Source of the DNA: Candidatus Bathyarchaeota archaeon
GTDB lineage: Archaea > Thermoproteota > Bathyarchaeia > Bathyarchaeales > Bathycorpusculaceae
Assembly (NCBI GenBank): GCA_963707955.1
Contig: OY970176.1
Coordinates: forward strand, 1,696,001-1,760,000
DNA: 64,000 nucleotides
Reading direction: 5' to 3'
Shown: in pieces, positions 29,382 to 40,627 of the stretch
Layout: the number at the start of each line of letters is the position of its first letter
Position numbering within the stretch: the stretch's first letter is position 1
Translations under genes and position numbers: made by a program
The notes under the pieces: model-generated
Told to the model about the DNA's origin: nothing
Database searches by the model: none
Seen by the model: the letters and a program-made list of their open reading frames with translations, nothing else

Positions 29382-30012
29382 TTATGTTTGCTGTTCTAAG
29401 CCTTGCTTCTTCAGGTGTGTTCCCAGAATGAAGATTTCTGAGCTTTTGGCTCTGCTGGCTTTCGGTTTTACCACGACTATGGTTTCGAAACAGTGTTCCA
29501 CCTTGTGTATGAAGTCGTCAAGCATGTCTCCTTGGAAGACCTTGACGAAAAAGTTTCCAGAAGGTCTCAATGTCTGCATTGCTATTTCAAGTGCGCGTTG
29601 TGCTAGGTCTATTTGGCGAGCATGGTCAACTTCCCATATTCCTGAGATGTTTGAGGAAGCATCGGAGATTACGGCGTCAGCTTTTCTTGGGAGCATTTCC
29701 AGAATCTGATTAACTGCCTCTTCTTCTGTTATGTCGCAAACTATCGTTCTCACGTAGGGTTGTGGGAACGGTTCGATGTGTTTCAGGTCGACGCCTAGGA
29801 CAAAGCCTTTTTTGCCGACGGTTTTTCGTGCCGCTTGGATCCAGACCGCCTGGCGCTGCGCCTAGGTCGACGACAACGTCGCCGTACTCTATGAAATGAT
29901 ATCTCCTTATGGCTTCAAAAAGTTTGTAGGTTGCCCTTGAGCGGTATTTTTCCAGCTTTGCCTTCTTGTAGTAGTAGTCTCTTTTTCTATTCTGAATCCA
30001 TGCCTTAGGCAA
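29382..30012 (-). CDS. rlmE: 23S rRNA 2'-O-methyltransferase RlmE/FtsJ, frameshift at about 29845
   Basis: [17 protein letters not shown](W), [17 protein letters not shown]. Confidence 0.9.
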
Positions 30013-30021
30013 GACTAGCTG

Positions 30022-30399
30022 TCACCAACAGCGCCCAGTCTCGTCTTGAGAAATAAAATGAAGCCACTCTGTGAGCCTTTCACAATCCTGCGGTGAAATG
30101 GCACTTGACGGGTCACATCGAGGGTTGTCTGGGCACATCAGGCATGGGCAGTCAGCTATCGAGTCTATTGATGCTGGTAGCCTTTTGGGAAACAGTCTGT
30201 ACGTCCATCTTCCCTCTTGGAGTTCTTTCTCTCTCCGGATGAGTCCTTTGTTCTCGAGTTTAAGGGCTATTCTAGAGCCTTCGCGGCTGCTGGCGTCCAA
30301 TTCATGCCACAGTTCAGATTGGAGCACACCCTCAAAGCCTGTGGTCATTATGAACTGCAGAGCCCTTTGCTCCAAGTCATTGCGCTTCGGCATCTTCAT
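30022..30399 (-). CDS. Transcription factor E beta / RPC34-like protein
   Basis: wHTH GVLQSELW...KLENKGLIRR plus Cys cluster CPCLMC..C..C typical of TFE-beta. Confidence 0.75.
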   Translation of the reverse strand: MKMPKRNDLEQRALQFIMTTGFEGVLQSELWHELDASSREGSRIALKLENKGLIRREKELQEGRWTYRLFPKRLPASIDSIADCPCLMCPDNPRCDPSSAISPQDCERLTEWLHFISQDETGRCW

Positions 30400-30678
30400 C
30401 AATTCCAAATCTTCATGTTTAATATGCGCAGCTTTTAAATAAAAACTCACCGATATGCCCAGACGATTCCTGACATGGGAGTTAAGCGTTGCGAAGCGTT
30501 ATGTTGCCGTCTGGGTTCTTCTTTCATATGATCAGAGCACCATTGTTGACGTCATCCACGTGTTTAGGCATTTATGCCTGCGGTTCCGATAACTCTTCGG
30601 GCTATTGACGCGCGGTTGCGAATTCTTATATTCCAGACATGCCAAGGGAATACTATGTAGCAGAGGGCAGCGATTCGG

Positions 30679-33600
30679 TTGAAAACTATAAGGAAAGTCT
30701 TTTTTTCATTCACGTTGTCCCTGTTGTTGCTGACATCTGTTTTCAATTTATGCGTTCAGAGTTACGTATCCAGCTATGCTGAACAGAATTACCCATCGGC
30801 CACTGGAACTTCCGACAATGCAAATCAGATGTCCACGAAAGCTGAGCAATCAACTGAGATGCCCCTTCAGGATAATCTGACAGGAATCTTCGATGGAGGG
30901 GGTCAGCTCATGGTCTTTTCATCTGCTTCCAGTTCTGCTTCGTTCACTCGGCACCTGATGTGCAAGAATTACATTATACCTTCGTACGATCCCATCGACC
31001 CGACGACAACGTTCAGCCCGAGCGACAAGCAGGCGGTAATTCTGACTGACGTCAACATTAGCAACACAATCGAATTTAGATGGTATGACAGGGACAATTC
31101 ATCGAAGGCTTGGGTTTCGTGCTACAACTGGACTGAGCTGGCGGAGGATTTGTCTGGATATCCATACGGCCCCTATCACGTCGCAGCCTATCTGTCCATT
31201 GCTGGATACTGGCCAGGGGTATACTTCCCCAGAGCATACAAGGTCGACGTATACCTGGATGGTTTTTTCTCATTTTCTGAATTCTTTGAGGTTACCAACG
31301 GCGGCTTAGACAGCCCGCGCACGTGCGAAAATGTTGATGCGAACGGCCAGCCTGTGAACTTGAAATCACGGTTCACCGTGGGAGTTGACACGCAAGTTGC
31401 TTATTACTCAACGTTCGACGATATGGCATACTTCGACGAAGAGACGGGGGGCTCTCACAACTTCACAATCGTGTGGATTCAACCAGACGGAACGATCTAC
31501 AAGACTCACTCGTCCTTCTTCCCTGATTACAAAGGCAGCAATGTGACTCTGAACTATTGGCAGCAGCCTGGGTTACTTAACGATTCTATCTCTATCGACT
31601 CAACCACTCCTGTTGGAAACTGGGAAGTCGAAGTCTACGTGGACAGCTACTACTCAAATGATTCGTGGATACCGTATGGACCCATCGCAACCACGCCTTT
31701 CATCGTTGGAAACCAATCTGTCGCAAATTGGACTTTCATGGTCTACCTTGACTCAGACAACAACCTGGCAAACGTCAGCATAAGCGGACAAACTCACGAT
31801 CTCGGCATTGACGTCTTCTTAAGATTGGCGAACGTAACATCGTCACCTAACTTCAACATAGTCGTAGAGATGGCCAGAGCGCCCAGCCAGGATGAAAGAT
31901 ACGGCAATTGGACAGGGGCAAAACGCTTCGACGTCAAAGAAGGCATGACGCCAACCGCTGAAAACGCGGTTCAAGACTTGGGGGATGTCGACATGGGAGA
32001 CCCAAACACGCTGAGAGATTTTGTCAATTGGACCATTAACAACTACCCAGCGAACTACTTGTTCTTGGTTCTTTGGGATCATGGAAGCGGCTGCATGGGT
32101 ATTTGCTACGACACAACGAGTGGAAATGACTATTTGTCGCTTCCAAAAATCACTCAAGCTTTGACCGGAATCCCGGCGATCATAGACGATGTGCTCATGG
32201 ACGCTTGCGGCCCGAGCATGCTAGAGGTGGCTTACCAGATTAAAGATTCTGCGAATATCCTAATTGGTCCTGAAGGCCTCGGCTACACCTCGAATATGCC
32301 GCCTTATGATGCTTATCTAAACAACCTGTCAAACGACCCGTCAATTTCACCCAACGCGTTTGCCCAAGACATAGTTATGAACTATACAAGCTGGGCTTAC
32401 GCCAACGCCCCTTGGATCCAAGATGCAACAATGACAGCGACAGACTTGACCAAGATGACGAGTCTCGCGGTAGCAGTCGACGATTTCGCTACAACATTGA
32501 CGGAAAAAGAAACTCTCTACCACGAGCAGATAAGCTTGGCAAGAAACATGACTACAGGATATCCGGGACCCTATCAAAACTCAGACGGAACCTACCAAAC
32601 TGGATACTATATTGATCTTTACGATTTCGCTTCCCTAGTAAATGCCACCGTGCCGGACGAGGAGCTAAGAAGAGATTCTAGCCAAGTCATGACTTCGATA
32701 GATAACGCGGTAATCATGAACCTCTACATAAACGATCCAGGAACTTATGGTTTGGCAGTGTTTTTCCCCGATGAAAAAGAAAAGTATGACTATGACACGT
32801 TTGCAACCATTTACGAAAGTACCGCATTTGCAATTAATACGCCCTGGGATGAGTTTGTCAAATATCACCTGTCAGGGTTCACGTTAACCATAAAGACAAT
32901 GTGTTCAAACATGCCAGTCAAAGTTGACGACGATGTGTATAACACTACGGCTGAAGGGGAAATTGACGTGTTTCTCCAACCCGGCACTCACACAGTAAAC
33001 GTCACTTCAGTCTTTTCACCTGGACCTGATTCGCAACTAGTGTTTGTCAATTGGAATGACAGCTACACTTCAAGCACAAGAACGTTCAACATAGAAAACA
33101 GCGATGTAACGGCTGAAGCTGTATACGAGCTTCAATATCCCCTAGTCATAGAGACAAACTTCGGAGGTCAAACGGAGCCGCCAGTCGGCCAATACTGGTG
33201 CAATGCAAGTTCACCGGTACCGGTTCGTGCCATAGCTCCAAGCGCCGGCGCAGGGGAAAATTACACTGAACTTAAATGGATGATTCAGGAAGGTGCTACA
33301 AACTCAAGTAGCACCGACAATCCAATCAATATAACGATGAATGGACCGATCAATGCGACTGCTTTATGGATACACGAATACTTCCTAACCGTTTTTTCCC
33401 AGCACGGCACCCCCACACCGACCACTGGGTGGTTTGAAGCTGGGACACCCTTCAACGGATCAGTCACTTCGCCTCTCTCAGGATCAACAGGTACTCAATA
33501 CGTGTGCACTGGCTGGACAGGAACGGGGAACGTTCCCTCTTCAGGAGCCTCGTTGACAACCGATTTCACATTGGACCAGCCATCAAGCATAGAGTGGAAT

Positions 33601-34209
33601 TGGAAAACCCAGTATCTCCTAACGGTGGGCACAGATCCAACAGGGCTGAGCCCCCAGCCAAGCGTCTATCCCGCAGGAACCTGGTATGATAGCAACGCCG
33701 AAGTGGTCTGCACAGCACAGCAAGTAAGTGGTTACGCTTTTCAACAATGGACTGGGAGCGCAGGCTATGCATATCCAAACGGGGTCAACTCCATAAACAT
33801 CACAATGGACGGGCCGACCGACATCACAGCTCAATACGTTCGCGCGCAAGCTTGGTGGGCACTTTTGGTTCGTCCAGATGTGATGCAAACTATGGTCGCA
33901 GTGCTCGGAACAACGCTAACTCTTGGTCTAGTTGGGGGCACCTGGTTCAAGTCCAAGAAAAGAAGAAACCTGATCAAAGCGTTCTTGACTGAGGCCAATG
34001 ACGTTTATTCCAGGTTGAAAACTGATCCAAAAAAGTGTGAGGAAGAGCTCCATGCACTAAGAAACACGGTTCTGGAAGGATTAACCGAGGGCAAGATAAC
34101 TGAGGAAAACTACGAGATTGTCGATAAAAGGATAGACAAATACGTAGCGGAGCTTTCAGAGGCACAGCGACGTAAACGTAAGGCACCTGCTAAACGAGGC
34201 GATGATTAG
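30679..34209 (+). CDS. Secreted, C-terminally anchored clostripain-family (C11) peptidase
   Basis: Signal peptide, WTFMVYLDSDNNL, LWDHG (His), MDAC (Cys), InlB-B-like repeats, TM helix and cytoplasmic tail. Confidence 0.85.
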   Translation: MKTIRKVFFSFTLSLLLLTSVFNLCVQSYVSSYAEQNYPSATGTSDNANQMSTKAEQSTEMPLQDNLTGIFDGGGQLMVFSSASSSASFTRHLMCKNYIIPSYDPIDPTTTFSPSDKQAVILTDVNISNTIEFRWYDRDNSSKAWVSCYNWTELAEDLSGYPYGPYHVAAYLSIAGYWPGVYFPRAYKVDVYLDGFFSFSEFFEVTNGGLDSPRTCENVDANGQPVNLKSRFTVGVDTQVAYYSTFDDMAYFDEETGGSHNFTIVWIQPDGTIYKTHSSFFPDYKGSNVTLNYWQQPGLLNDSISIDSTTPVGNWEVEVYVDSYYSNDSWIPYGPIATTPFIVGNQSVANWTFMVYLDSDNNLANVSISGQTHDLGIDVFLRLANVTSSPNFNIVVEMARAPSQDERYGNWTGAKRFDVKEGMTPTAENAVQDLGDVDMGDPNTLRDFVNWTINNYPANYLFLVLWDHGSGCMGICYDTTSGNDYLSLPKITQALTGIPAIIDDVLMDACGPSMLEVAYQIKDSANILIGPEGLGYTSNMPPYDAYLNNLSNDPSISPNAFAQDIVMNYTSWAYANAPWIQDATMTATDLTKMTSLAVAVDDFATTLTEKETLYHEQISLARNMTTGYPGPYQNSDGTYQTGYYIDLYDFASLVNATVPDEELRRDSSQVMTSIDNAVIMNLYINDPGTYGLAVFFPDEKEKYDYDTFATIYESTAFAINTPWDEFVKYHLSGFTLTIKTMCSNMPVKVDDDVYNTTAEGEIDVFLQPGTHTVNVTSVFSPGPDSQLVFVNWNDSYTSSTRTFNIENSDVTAEAVYELQYPLVIETNFGGQTEPPVGQYWCNASSPVPVRAIAPSAGAGENYTELKWMIQEGATNSSSTDNPINITMNGPINATALWIHEYFLTVFSQHGTPTPTTGWFEAGTPFNGSVTSPLSGSTGTQYVCTGWTGTGNVPSSGASLTTDFTLDQPSSIEWNWKTQYLLTVGTDPTGLSPQPSVYPAGTWYDSNAEVVCTAQQVSGYAFQQWTGSAGYAYPNGVNSINITMDGPTDITAQYVRAQAWWALLVRPDVMQTMVAVLGTTLTLGLVGGTWFKSKKRRNLIKAFLTEANDVYSRLKTDPKKCEEELHALRNTVLEGLTEGKITEENYEIVDKRIDKYVAELSEAQRRKRKAPAKRGDD

Positions 34210-34404
34210 TACCCCGCGAGCGCGCTGGCTTGTCCCTAAATTCGCAAATAGCGTGCGTGTAAAAGCATATACAAAAAGCATATACACTTTGCATATACAG
34301 TCGGGCGAGCAACGTTGAAAACGGTTAGCCCGTTCAGGTTGGATGCGGAGCCGTGTCGGCTGTTCAAGTAGGCCCGCATGATAAAGGGACGAGGCGGCGG
34401 GCGC

Positions 34405-35214
34405 TCATGGTTGTCTTGAAAGATTGTGCAAGGCTCTTTCCAAGTTAGCAAGATTTTGTATTGTTCTGTCGGGTTTCACGTTGTTCTTGCCTTCTCTGAT
34501 GTAGAATTGTGCAGTGTCTGTTACAGGTTGTTTCTTGCTTTTTTTGATGAGCAGGACTGTTTTCATGCCTAGTTGTTTGGCGCCTTCTATGTCAGCTCTG
34601 GGGGAGTCGCCTACGAATGCTGCCTCTTTAGCTTTTACGTCCAAGGTTTGGAGAGCTTTATGGAAAATCTTGGGGTTGGGTTTTCGCCATCCTAGGATTC
34701 CGGAGACTATTACGGCGTCGAAGTGTTTGGCGATGTTGAATTCTCTCAGGCCTTGGAAGATGGCTTCCGCGAATGACATGTTTGAGACGATGGCTAGCTT
34801 GTATTTCTTGTGCAGTTGTTCCAGAAGTGAAGGTAAATAGCTGTCTATGGTCAGCGACCTTGCGAAGCAGTTGGAAAAGGCTTCTGTCGCTTTGCGTATT
34901 CGTTCGTCTTCGGCGCCGACGTTAATGCTGCAGGATCTTAACGTTTCTATGATTCTTTCTGTGAAGTTCTGTTCTTCCAGGGTCTTTTCTGTCTGTTTGT
35001 AGAATCTGTCTCGTGAGTCGAAGTAGCCTTGTTTGAAGCTTTCGAAGGGCACGGATATACCGTTCTTACTAAGGCTCTGCACCATCCTTCCAAGGCACTT
35101 GTCGTAGTCAAATCGTTCAGTATTTACCAGAGTGTCTGCGAAGTCGAAGAGGACAGCCTTGACATTCAACCGATTCAGCCTTCTATTACCTTTTACCGTG
35201 AGATATCGGTTCAC
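34405..35214 (-). CDS. HAD-superfamily hydrolase
   Basis: FDFADTL, IVSN, KPNPKIF, VGDSPRADIEGA. Confidence 0.9.
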   Translation of the reverse strand: MNRYLTVKGNRRLNRLNVKAVLFDFADTLVNTERFDYDKCLGRMVQSLSKNGISVPFESFKQGYFDSRDRFYKQTEKTLEEQNFTERIIETLRSCSINVGAEDERIRKATEAFSNCFARSLTIDSYLPSLLEQLHKKYKLAIVSNMSFAEAIFQGLREFNIAKHFDAVIVSGILGWRKPNPKIFHKALQTLDVKAKEAAFVGDSPRADIEGAKQLGMKTVLLIKKSKKQPVTDTAQFYIREGKNNVKPDRTIQNLANLERALHNLSRQP

Positions 35215-35559
35215 GATTTCCGTTATAAATGCTGAGCATTATTCGTTGCTCTCTAGATTTGAGAACATGTGGTATGGTTAACGTGGGAACGACGTAGTCC
35301 TACTGTTCCATGAGCTGGTCCGATATCTTGTCTCTGTTTCTATTGTATCATTGAGCAACTTGGGAGTACAGTTTCAGTCTGTACAGCCTTGTTCGGGTTG
35401 TTGACTAGCATCCGGCGCGCTTACAGTGCGGTTGGCGACGTTTTTCATGCCGCGCGCTAAGGGTGGAAACTGTGTTTCACAGCGTTTAAATAGCACTAGT
35501 GGGCTAACCATTGTTAGTCGAGCGAGTTGTTCTAGGGAACATGGGGAAGGGGTTGGAGA

Positions 35560-38500
35560 ATGAAGAGAAAAGTAGTTGTTAGTTTCGTCCTGGTTATGTT
35601 GTTCTTGGTGTCGATGTTTCCATTAAGTGCTTTCCTTGGAGCAGCCAATTCTCACGGCAGCCCGGGACTTCTTGAGTCGCAGCCTACCGAAGACCCCGCT
35701 GACTGGTGGCCCATGTTCCACCACGACGTAACGCGGACAGGATACTCCACATCGACGGCGTCGACCACAAACCAGACTCTATGGAGCTACACAACAGGAG
35801 GTATGGTGGATTCTTCTCCTGCTGTTGTTGGCGGTTTTGTCTACGTGGGCTCATACGACGATAAGGTTTATGCTTTGAATGCTACGACGGGCGCGTTGAT
35901 ATGGAACTACACAACGGGCAGTGCGGTGGTTTCTTCTCCTGCCGTTGTTGGCGGTTTTGTCTACGTGGGCTCATACGACGATAAGGTTTATGCTTTGAAC
36001 GCCGCGACGGGCGCGTTAGTATGGAACCACACGACCGGCAGTGGTGTGTTGTCTTCTCCTGCTGTTGCCAGCGGCATGGTCTACGTGGGCTCAGATGACG
36101 ACAAAGTCTATGCTTTGAACGCTACGACAGGTGCATTCGTATGGAGCTACACGACCGGCAGTAGTGTGGGTTATTCTTCTCCTGCTGTTGTCGGTGGCAT
36201 GGTCTACGTGGGCTCATTCGACCACCAGGTTTACGCTTTAAACGCTGCGACGGGCGCGCGGATATGGAACTACACAACGGGCAGTGCGGTGGTTTCTTCT
36301 CCTGCTGTTGTTGGTGGTGTTGTCTACGTGGGCTCAGCTGACCACCAGGTTTACGCTTTGAACGCCGCGACGGGCGCGTTAGTATGGAACTACACAACCG
36401 GCAGTAGTGTGGGTTATTCTTCTCCTGCTGTTGTCGGTGGCATGGTCTACGTGGGCTCAAGTGACGATAAGGTTTATGCTTTGAACGCTACGACAGGCGC
36501 GTTAGTATGGAGGTACACAACTGGCTTTTACGTGTATTCTTCTCTTGCTGTTGCTGGTGGTTTCGTGTACGTGGGCTCAGATGACTACAAGGTTTACGCT
36601 TTGAACGCTGCTACGGGAGCATTCGTATGGAGCTACACGACCGGCAACTGGGTGTTTTCTTCTCCTGCTGTTGTTGGTGGTGCTGTCTACGTGGGCTCAG
36701 AGGATTACAAGGTTTACGCTTTTGGAACACCTCTTTCTGCTTCTATTTCGCCTGGCTCCTCAAAACTTGATGTTGGTCAGTCTCAACTGTTCACTTCAAC
36801 AGTCTCAGGCGGTACATCGCCATACACTTATCAATGGTATCTAAACGGCGCCCCAGTTTCGGGTGCTACGAATCCAGCTTGGACCTTTACACCTACATCA
36901 GCTGGTTCTTACATGATAAACATGGAAGTCAACGATAGCTTCGGAGTGCAGGCAACGTCTAACACTGCGACCGTTGCAGTAAGCAGTCAGCTTCCCTTTG
37001 ACTGGCCTATGTTCCGCTTCAACCCGGAGCACACAGGGACAACGCAGGACGTAACACCCCCACTCGAACTCACTTGGAACTTCACGACGGGCGACCTAGT
37101 CTATTCTTCTCCTGCCGTGAGTGGCGATTTCGTGTACGTTGGCTCACGCGATGGGAACATCTATGCCTTGGATGCCGTTAGTGGAACGCTGAAATGGAAA
37201 TACACAACGAGTGATTGGGTCCTCTCTTCCCCTGCCGTTAGTGGCGGTGTTGTTTACGTGGGGTCAGAGGATAGGAACCTCTACGCCCTGAACGCTGTTA
37301 CTGGAACGCTGGAATGGAACTACACGACAGGCGGCTATGTGGACTCTTCTCCCGCCGTCAGTGGTGGCGTCGTGTACGTCGGCTCAGACGATCAGAACCT
37401 CTACGCATTGAACGCGGCCACAGGAGTCCTGAAATGGAACTACACGACGGGCGGCTACATCGAGTCTTCCCCCGTTGTCAGCTGTGGTGTCGTCTACGTT
37501 GGCTCAGAGGACGGAAAAGTGTATGCCTTCGACGCGACTACCGGAGTCCTGAAATGGAACTACACGACGGGCGGCCTCGTCTATTCCTCGCCTGCAGTTA
37601 GTGGCGGTGTCGTCTACGTGGGTTCAGAAGACGATTACATCTATGCCTTGGACGCAACCACCGGAGCCCTTAAGTGGAGTCGCCCGTTGAGCGACTTTTC
37701 TGTCTATTCTTCTCCTGCCGTGAGTGGCGGCCTTGTTTACGTTGGCTCAGCGAACATCTTCGCTTTGAATTCTTCAACAGGAGACGTAAGTTGGAGCTAC
37801 ACGACAGATGGCAGCAACGCCCATTCTTCTCCCGCCGTTAGTGGCGGTGTGGTTTACGTTGGCTCAGACGATCACAACATCTACGCCCTCGATGCCTACA
37901 CCGGAGCATTCCTATGGAGCTACACGACGGGCGACCTTGTCTATTCTTCTCCTGCTGTTAGTGGCGGTTTCGTCTACGTTGGCTCATACGATGGGAAAAT
38001 CTACGCCTTCTCGCCGTCCGGTCCACAAACAAGATATCCGTGGCCCATGATCCACCACGACCTCACGCACACAAGCTACACTGAGAGCCCGGCACCCCAA
38101 ACAAACAACACAATGTGGAACTATGCGACAGGCAGCTATGTTTGGTCTTCTCCTGCAATCGCCGACGGTATGGTCTTCATCGGATCGACGGATAAAAATG
38201 TCTACGCTTTTAACGCGTCTACAGGCGCGAAGGTGTGGAACTACACAACCGGCAACCAGGTGGAAGATTCTTCTCCGGCTGTTGCTGATGGCAAAGTCTA
38301 CGTGGGGTCAGATGATCATAATGTTTACTGCTTGGACGCTTCCACCGGGGCTCTAGTTTGGAACTACGCGACAGGCAGCTATGTTTGGTCTTCTCCTGCT
38401 GTTGCTGGCGGTGTTGTCTACGTGGGTTCAGATGACCGCAAGGTTTACGCTTTGAACGCTACGACAGGCGTGCTAGTATGGAGCTACACGACCGGCAGTA

Positions 38501-40335
38501 GTGTGGATTCTTCTCCGGCTGTTGCCAGCGGCGTAGTCTACGTGGGCTCTGGTGACGACAACGTTTACGCACTGAACGCGACAACAGGCGCGAAGGTGTG
38601 GAACTACACGACAGGCAGCTATGTTTATTCTTCTCCTGCTGTTGCTGGTGGTAGGGTTTACGTAGGGTCGTACGATGGCAAAGTTTACTGTTTCGACGCT
38701 TCCACTGGGGCTCTAGTTTGGAACTACACCACAGGTAACTCGGTGTATTCTTCTCCCGCTGTTGCTGATGGCAAAGTCTACGTGGGGTCAGATGATCATA
38801 ATGTTTACTGCTTGGACGCTTCCACCGGAGCTCCAGTTTGGAACTACGCCACAGGTAACTGGGTATATTCTTCTCCTGCTGTTGCTGGTGGTAGGGTTTA
38901 CGTGGGGTCGTATGATGGCAAGGTTTACTGTTTGAACGCTTCCAGTGGGGCTCTAGTTTGGAACTACGCGACAGGCAGCTATGTTTTTTCTTCTCCTGCA
39001 ATCGCCGACGGTATGGTCTTCGTGGGTTCAGCAGACCATACTGTGTACGCATTTGGAGAGATCGTCAGGACAGAGGACTATGCGACGGTGCAGGCAGCAA
39101 TCAACGCTGCTCCCTCGGGAGCCACTGTTTTAGTCGCACCGGGCACGTACCATGAGTCTTTGATAATCAATAAGACAATAACTCTCCTTGGCATGTTAGG
39201 CAGTGAACCAACCTTTACTGGCGGCGGAAGCGGAATTGCCATAACGATCGTGCCGAGTGGATCTGGGTCGACTGTTGCTGGGATAGCGATAACCAGCTGG
39301 ACTCAAGGCATTCTAGTCAACGGAGCCAGTGGCTGCAACATCTACGGCAACATAATGTCTCTCATAAACCAAAACGGAATCAGCCTGCAAGGCTCCAAAG
39401 CCTCCAACAACCTTATCTACGATAACATATTCGAACAAGACACCGTCGCCGTCAGCTTAACTTCTTCAGCATCCAACAACACCATCACCGGCAACATGAT
39501 CAGCCTCAGCAGCATCGGCATCAACCTACAGTCCAGCGGCAACATCGTCTACGCCAACATAATGACCTACAACGTTGTTGCAATAAACATAACCAACTCG
39601 AACAACAACGTGTTCTTCCACAACGACTTCATCAGCAGCAACTACCAACTCACCATATCAAACTCAACGGGAAACGTCTGGGACAACGGCTACCCTAGCG
39701 GCGGCAACTACTGGAGCGATTACCTAACACAGAATCCGAACGCCACTGAAATCGACAGTTCAGGCATCTGGAACACGCCCTACGTCGTGGCTACAAACAA
39801 CGTGGACCACTATCCTCTTGTGAAGCCTTTCAGCCTGCACAACATCGAAATAGCAAGCTTTGTCTCGTCAAAAACCGTTATCGGACAGTCCTACACGGCA
39901 CAGATAAGCTTGGCAATCCTGGACGTCGGCACCTACGACGAAACGTTCACGCTGACCGTGGTCGCCAACTCAACGCTCATAACCCAGCAGACGGTTAGTC
40001 TGTCAAGTGGAGGCTCCACGACGCTGACGTTAACCTGGAACACTACGGACTGCGCCAAGGGCAACTACACAGTATTCGCCACAGCGGGCCCAGTTCCAAG
40101 CGAGGCTGACACTTCTGACAACAACCGCTCCGTCCCAGTAGTCGTAACCATCCCAGGCGACGTTGACGGCAACGGCAGAGTGGACATGGGCGACGTAGTC
40201 AGCCTCTGCACGGCTTTTGGTTCAACACTCGGACAATCAAGGTACGTTCCAAACTGCGACATAGAGGGCAACGGCAGAATCGACATGAGCGACATAATCA
40301 TCGCCTTACGCCACTTCGGACAACACTTGCCATAA
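35560..40335 (+). CDS. Secreted protein: three 8-bladed PQQ-like beta-propellers, PKD-like, beta-helix (NosD/CASH-like), CARDB-like and dockerin domains
   Basis: Signal peptide, 24 repeats W.YTTG..V.SSPAV..G.VYVGS.D..VYA, WDNGYPSGGNYWSDY, duplicated Ca-binding loops at the C-terminus. Confidence 0.88.
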   Translation: MKRKVVVSFVLVMLFLVSMFPLSAFLGAANSHGSPGLLESQPTEDPADWWPMFHHDVTRTGYSTSTASTTNQTLWSYTTGGMVDSSPAVVGGFVYVGSYDDKVYALNATTGALIWNYTTGSAVVSSPAVVGGFVYVGSYDDKVYALNAATGALVWNHTTGSGVLSSPAVASGMVYVGSDDDKVYALNATTGAFVWSYTTGSSVGYSSPAVVGGMVYVGSFDHQVYALNAATGARIWNYTTGSAVVSSPAVVGGVVYVGSADHQVYALNAATGALVWNYTTGSSVGYSSPAVVGGMVYVGSSDDKVYALNATTGALVWRYTTGFYVYSSLAVAGGFVYVGSDDYKVYALNAATGAFVWSYTTGNWVFSSPAVVGGAVYVGSEDYKVYAFGTPLSASISPGSSKLDVGQSQLFTSTVSGGTSPYTYQWYLNGAPVSGATNPAWTFTPTSAGSYMINMEVNDSFGVQATSNTATVAVSSQLPFDWPMFRFNPEHTGTTQDVTPPLELTWNFTTGDLVYSSPAVSGDFVYVGSRDGNIYALDAVSGTLKWKYTTSDWVLSSPAVSGGVVYVGSEDRNLYALNAVTGTLEWNYTTGGYVDSSPAVSGGVVYVGSDDQNLYALNAATGVLKWNYTTGGYIESSPVVSCGVVYVGSEDGKVYAFDATTGVLKWNYTTGGLVYSSPAVSGGVVYVGSEDDYIYALDATTGALKWSRPLSDFSVYSSPAVSGGLVYVGSANIFALNSSTGDVSWSYTTDGSNAHSSPAVSGGVVYVGSDDHNIYALDAYTGAFLWSYTTGDLVYSSPAVSGGFVYVGSYDGKIYAFSPSGPQTRYPWPMIHHDLTHTSYTESPAPQTNNTMWNYATGSYVWSSPAIADGMVFIGSTDKNVYAFNASTGAKVWNYTTGNQVEDSSPAVADGKVYVGSDDHNVYCLDASTGALVWNYATGSYVWSSPAVAGGVVYVGSDDRKVYALNATTGVLVWSYTTGSSVDSSPAVASGVVYVGSGDDNVYALNATTGAKVWNYTTGSYVYSSPAVAGGRVYVGSYDGKVYCFDASTGALVWNYTTGNSVYSSPAVADGKVYVGSDDHNVYCLDASTGAPVWNYATGNWVYSSPAVAGGRVYVGSYDGKVYCLNASSGALVWNYATGSYVFSSPAIADGMVFVGSADHTVYAFGEIVRTEDYATVQAAINAAPSGATVLVAPGTYHESLIINKTITLLGMLGSEPTFTGGGSGIAITIVPSGSGSTVAGIAITSWTQGILVNGASGCNIYGNIMSLINQNGISLQGSKASNNLIYDNIFEQDTVAVSLTSSASNNTITGNMISLSSIGINLQSSGNIVYANIMTYNVVAINITNSNNNVFFHNDFISSNYQLTISNSTGNVWDNGYPSGGNYWSDYLTQNPNATEIDSSGIWNTPYVVATNNVDHYPLVKPFSLHNIEIASFVSSKTVIGQSYTAQISLAILDVGTYDETFTLTVVANSTLITQQTVSLSSGGSTTLTLTWNTTDCAKGNYTVFATAGPVPSEADTSDNNRSVPVVVTIPGDVDGNGRVDMGDVVSLCTAFGSTLGQSRYVPNCDIEGNGRIDMSDIIIALRHFGQHLP
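35775..39060 (+). repeat. Three blocks of eight ~120-bp coding tandem repeats
   Basis: Recurring TGGAACTACACGAC..TCTTCTCCTGCTGTT..TACGTGGGCTCA units. Confidence 0.9.
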
Positions 40336-40513
40336 CGCGTGCAATGGGCCGTGCAGAACAACATCTTGGATGCCATAACACTCGTAAACGCCTTTCTCGC
40401 TACGCCTGGCAGTTCCAACTGGAACCCGAACGTAGACATCAACGGCGACGGCATCGTCGCACAGCTACGATGCCATAATACTTTCAGGCCACTTCAACCA
40501 ACACTGTCCATAA
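40336..40513 (+). pseudogene. Orphan headless dockerin module
   Basis: NILDAITLVNAFLATPGSSNWNPNVDINGDGIV/(frameshift)/SYDAIILSGHFNQHCP* directly after the stop codon. Confidence 0.8.
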
Positions 40514-40627
40514 CTGTTTTTCTTTGCGTGTTGGGAAGTAAGCGCGAGCTAGTTGGTTTGAAGAGATACTTAAATAAAAATAGCTGCATGTTTAAGATCG
40601 ACAAAAACTATGTTGAAAGATGGGAAA

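Noticed and set aside
35775-39060. Regular repeats as a CRISPR array
   Set aside because: The units are in-frame ~120-bp coding repeats with no unique spacers and no cas genes.
40352-40360. GCAGAAC in the dockerin linkers as an IS6 right end (CAGAACC)
   Set aside because: Only a 6-nt match, with no further IR similarity and no TTATCA flank.
40150-40513. Dockerin and downstream orphan as a DGR variable/template repeat pair
   Set aside because: They are too divergent, differences are not adenine-specific, and no reverse transcriptase is in the window.
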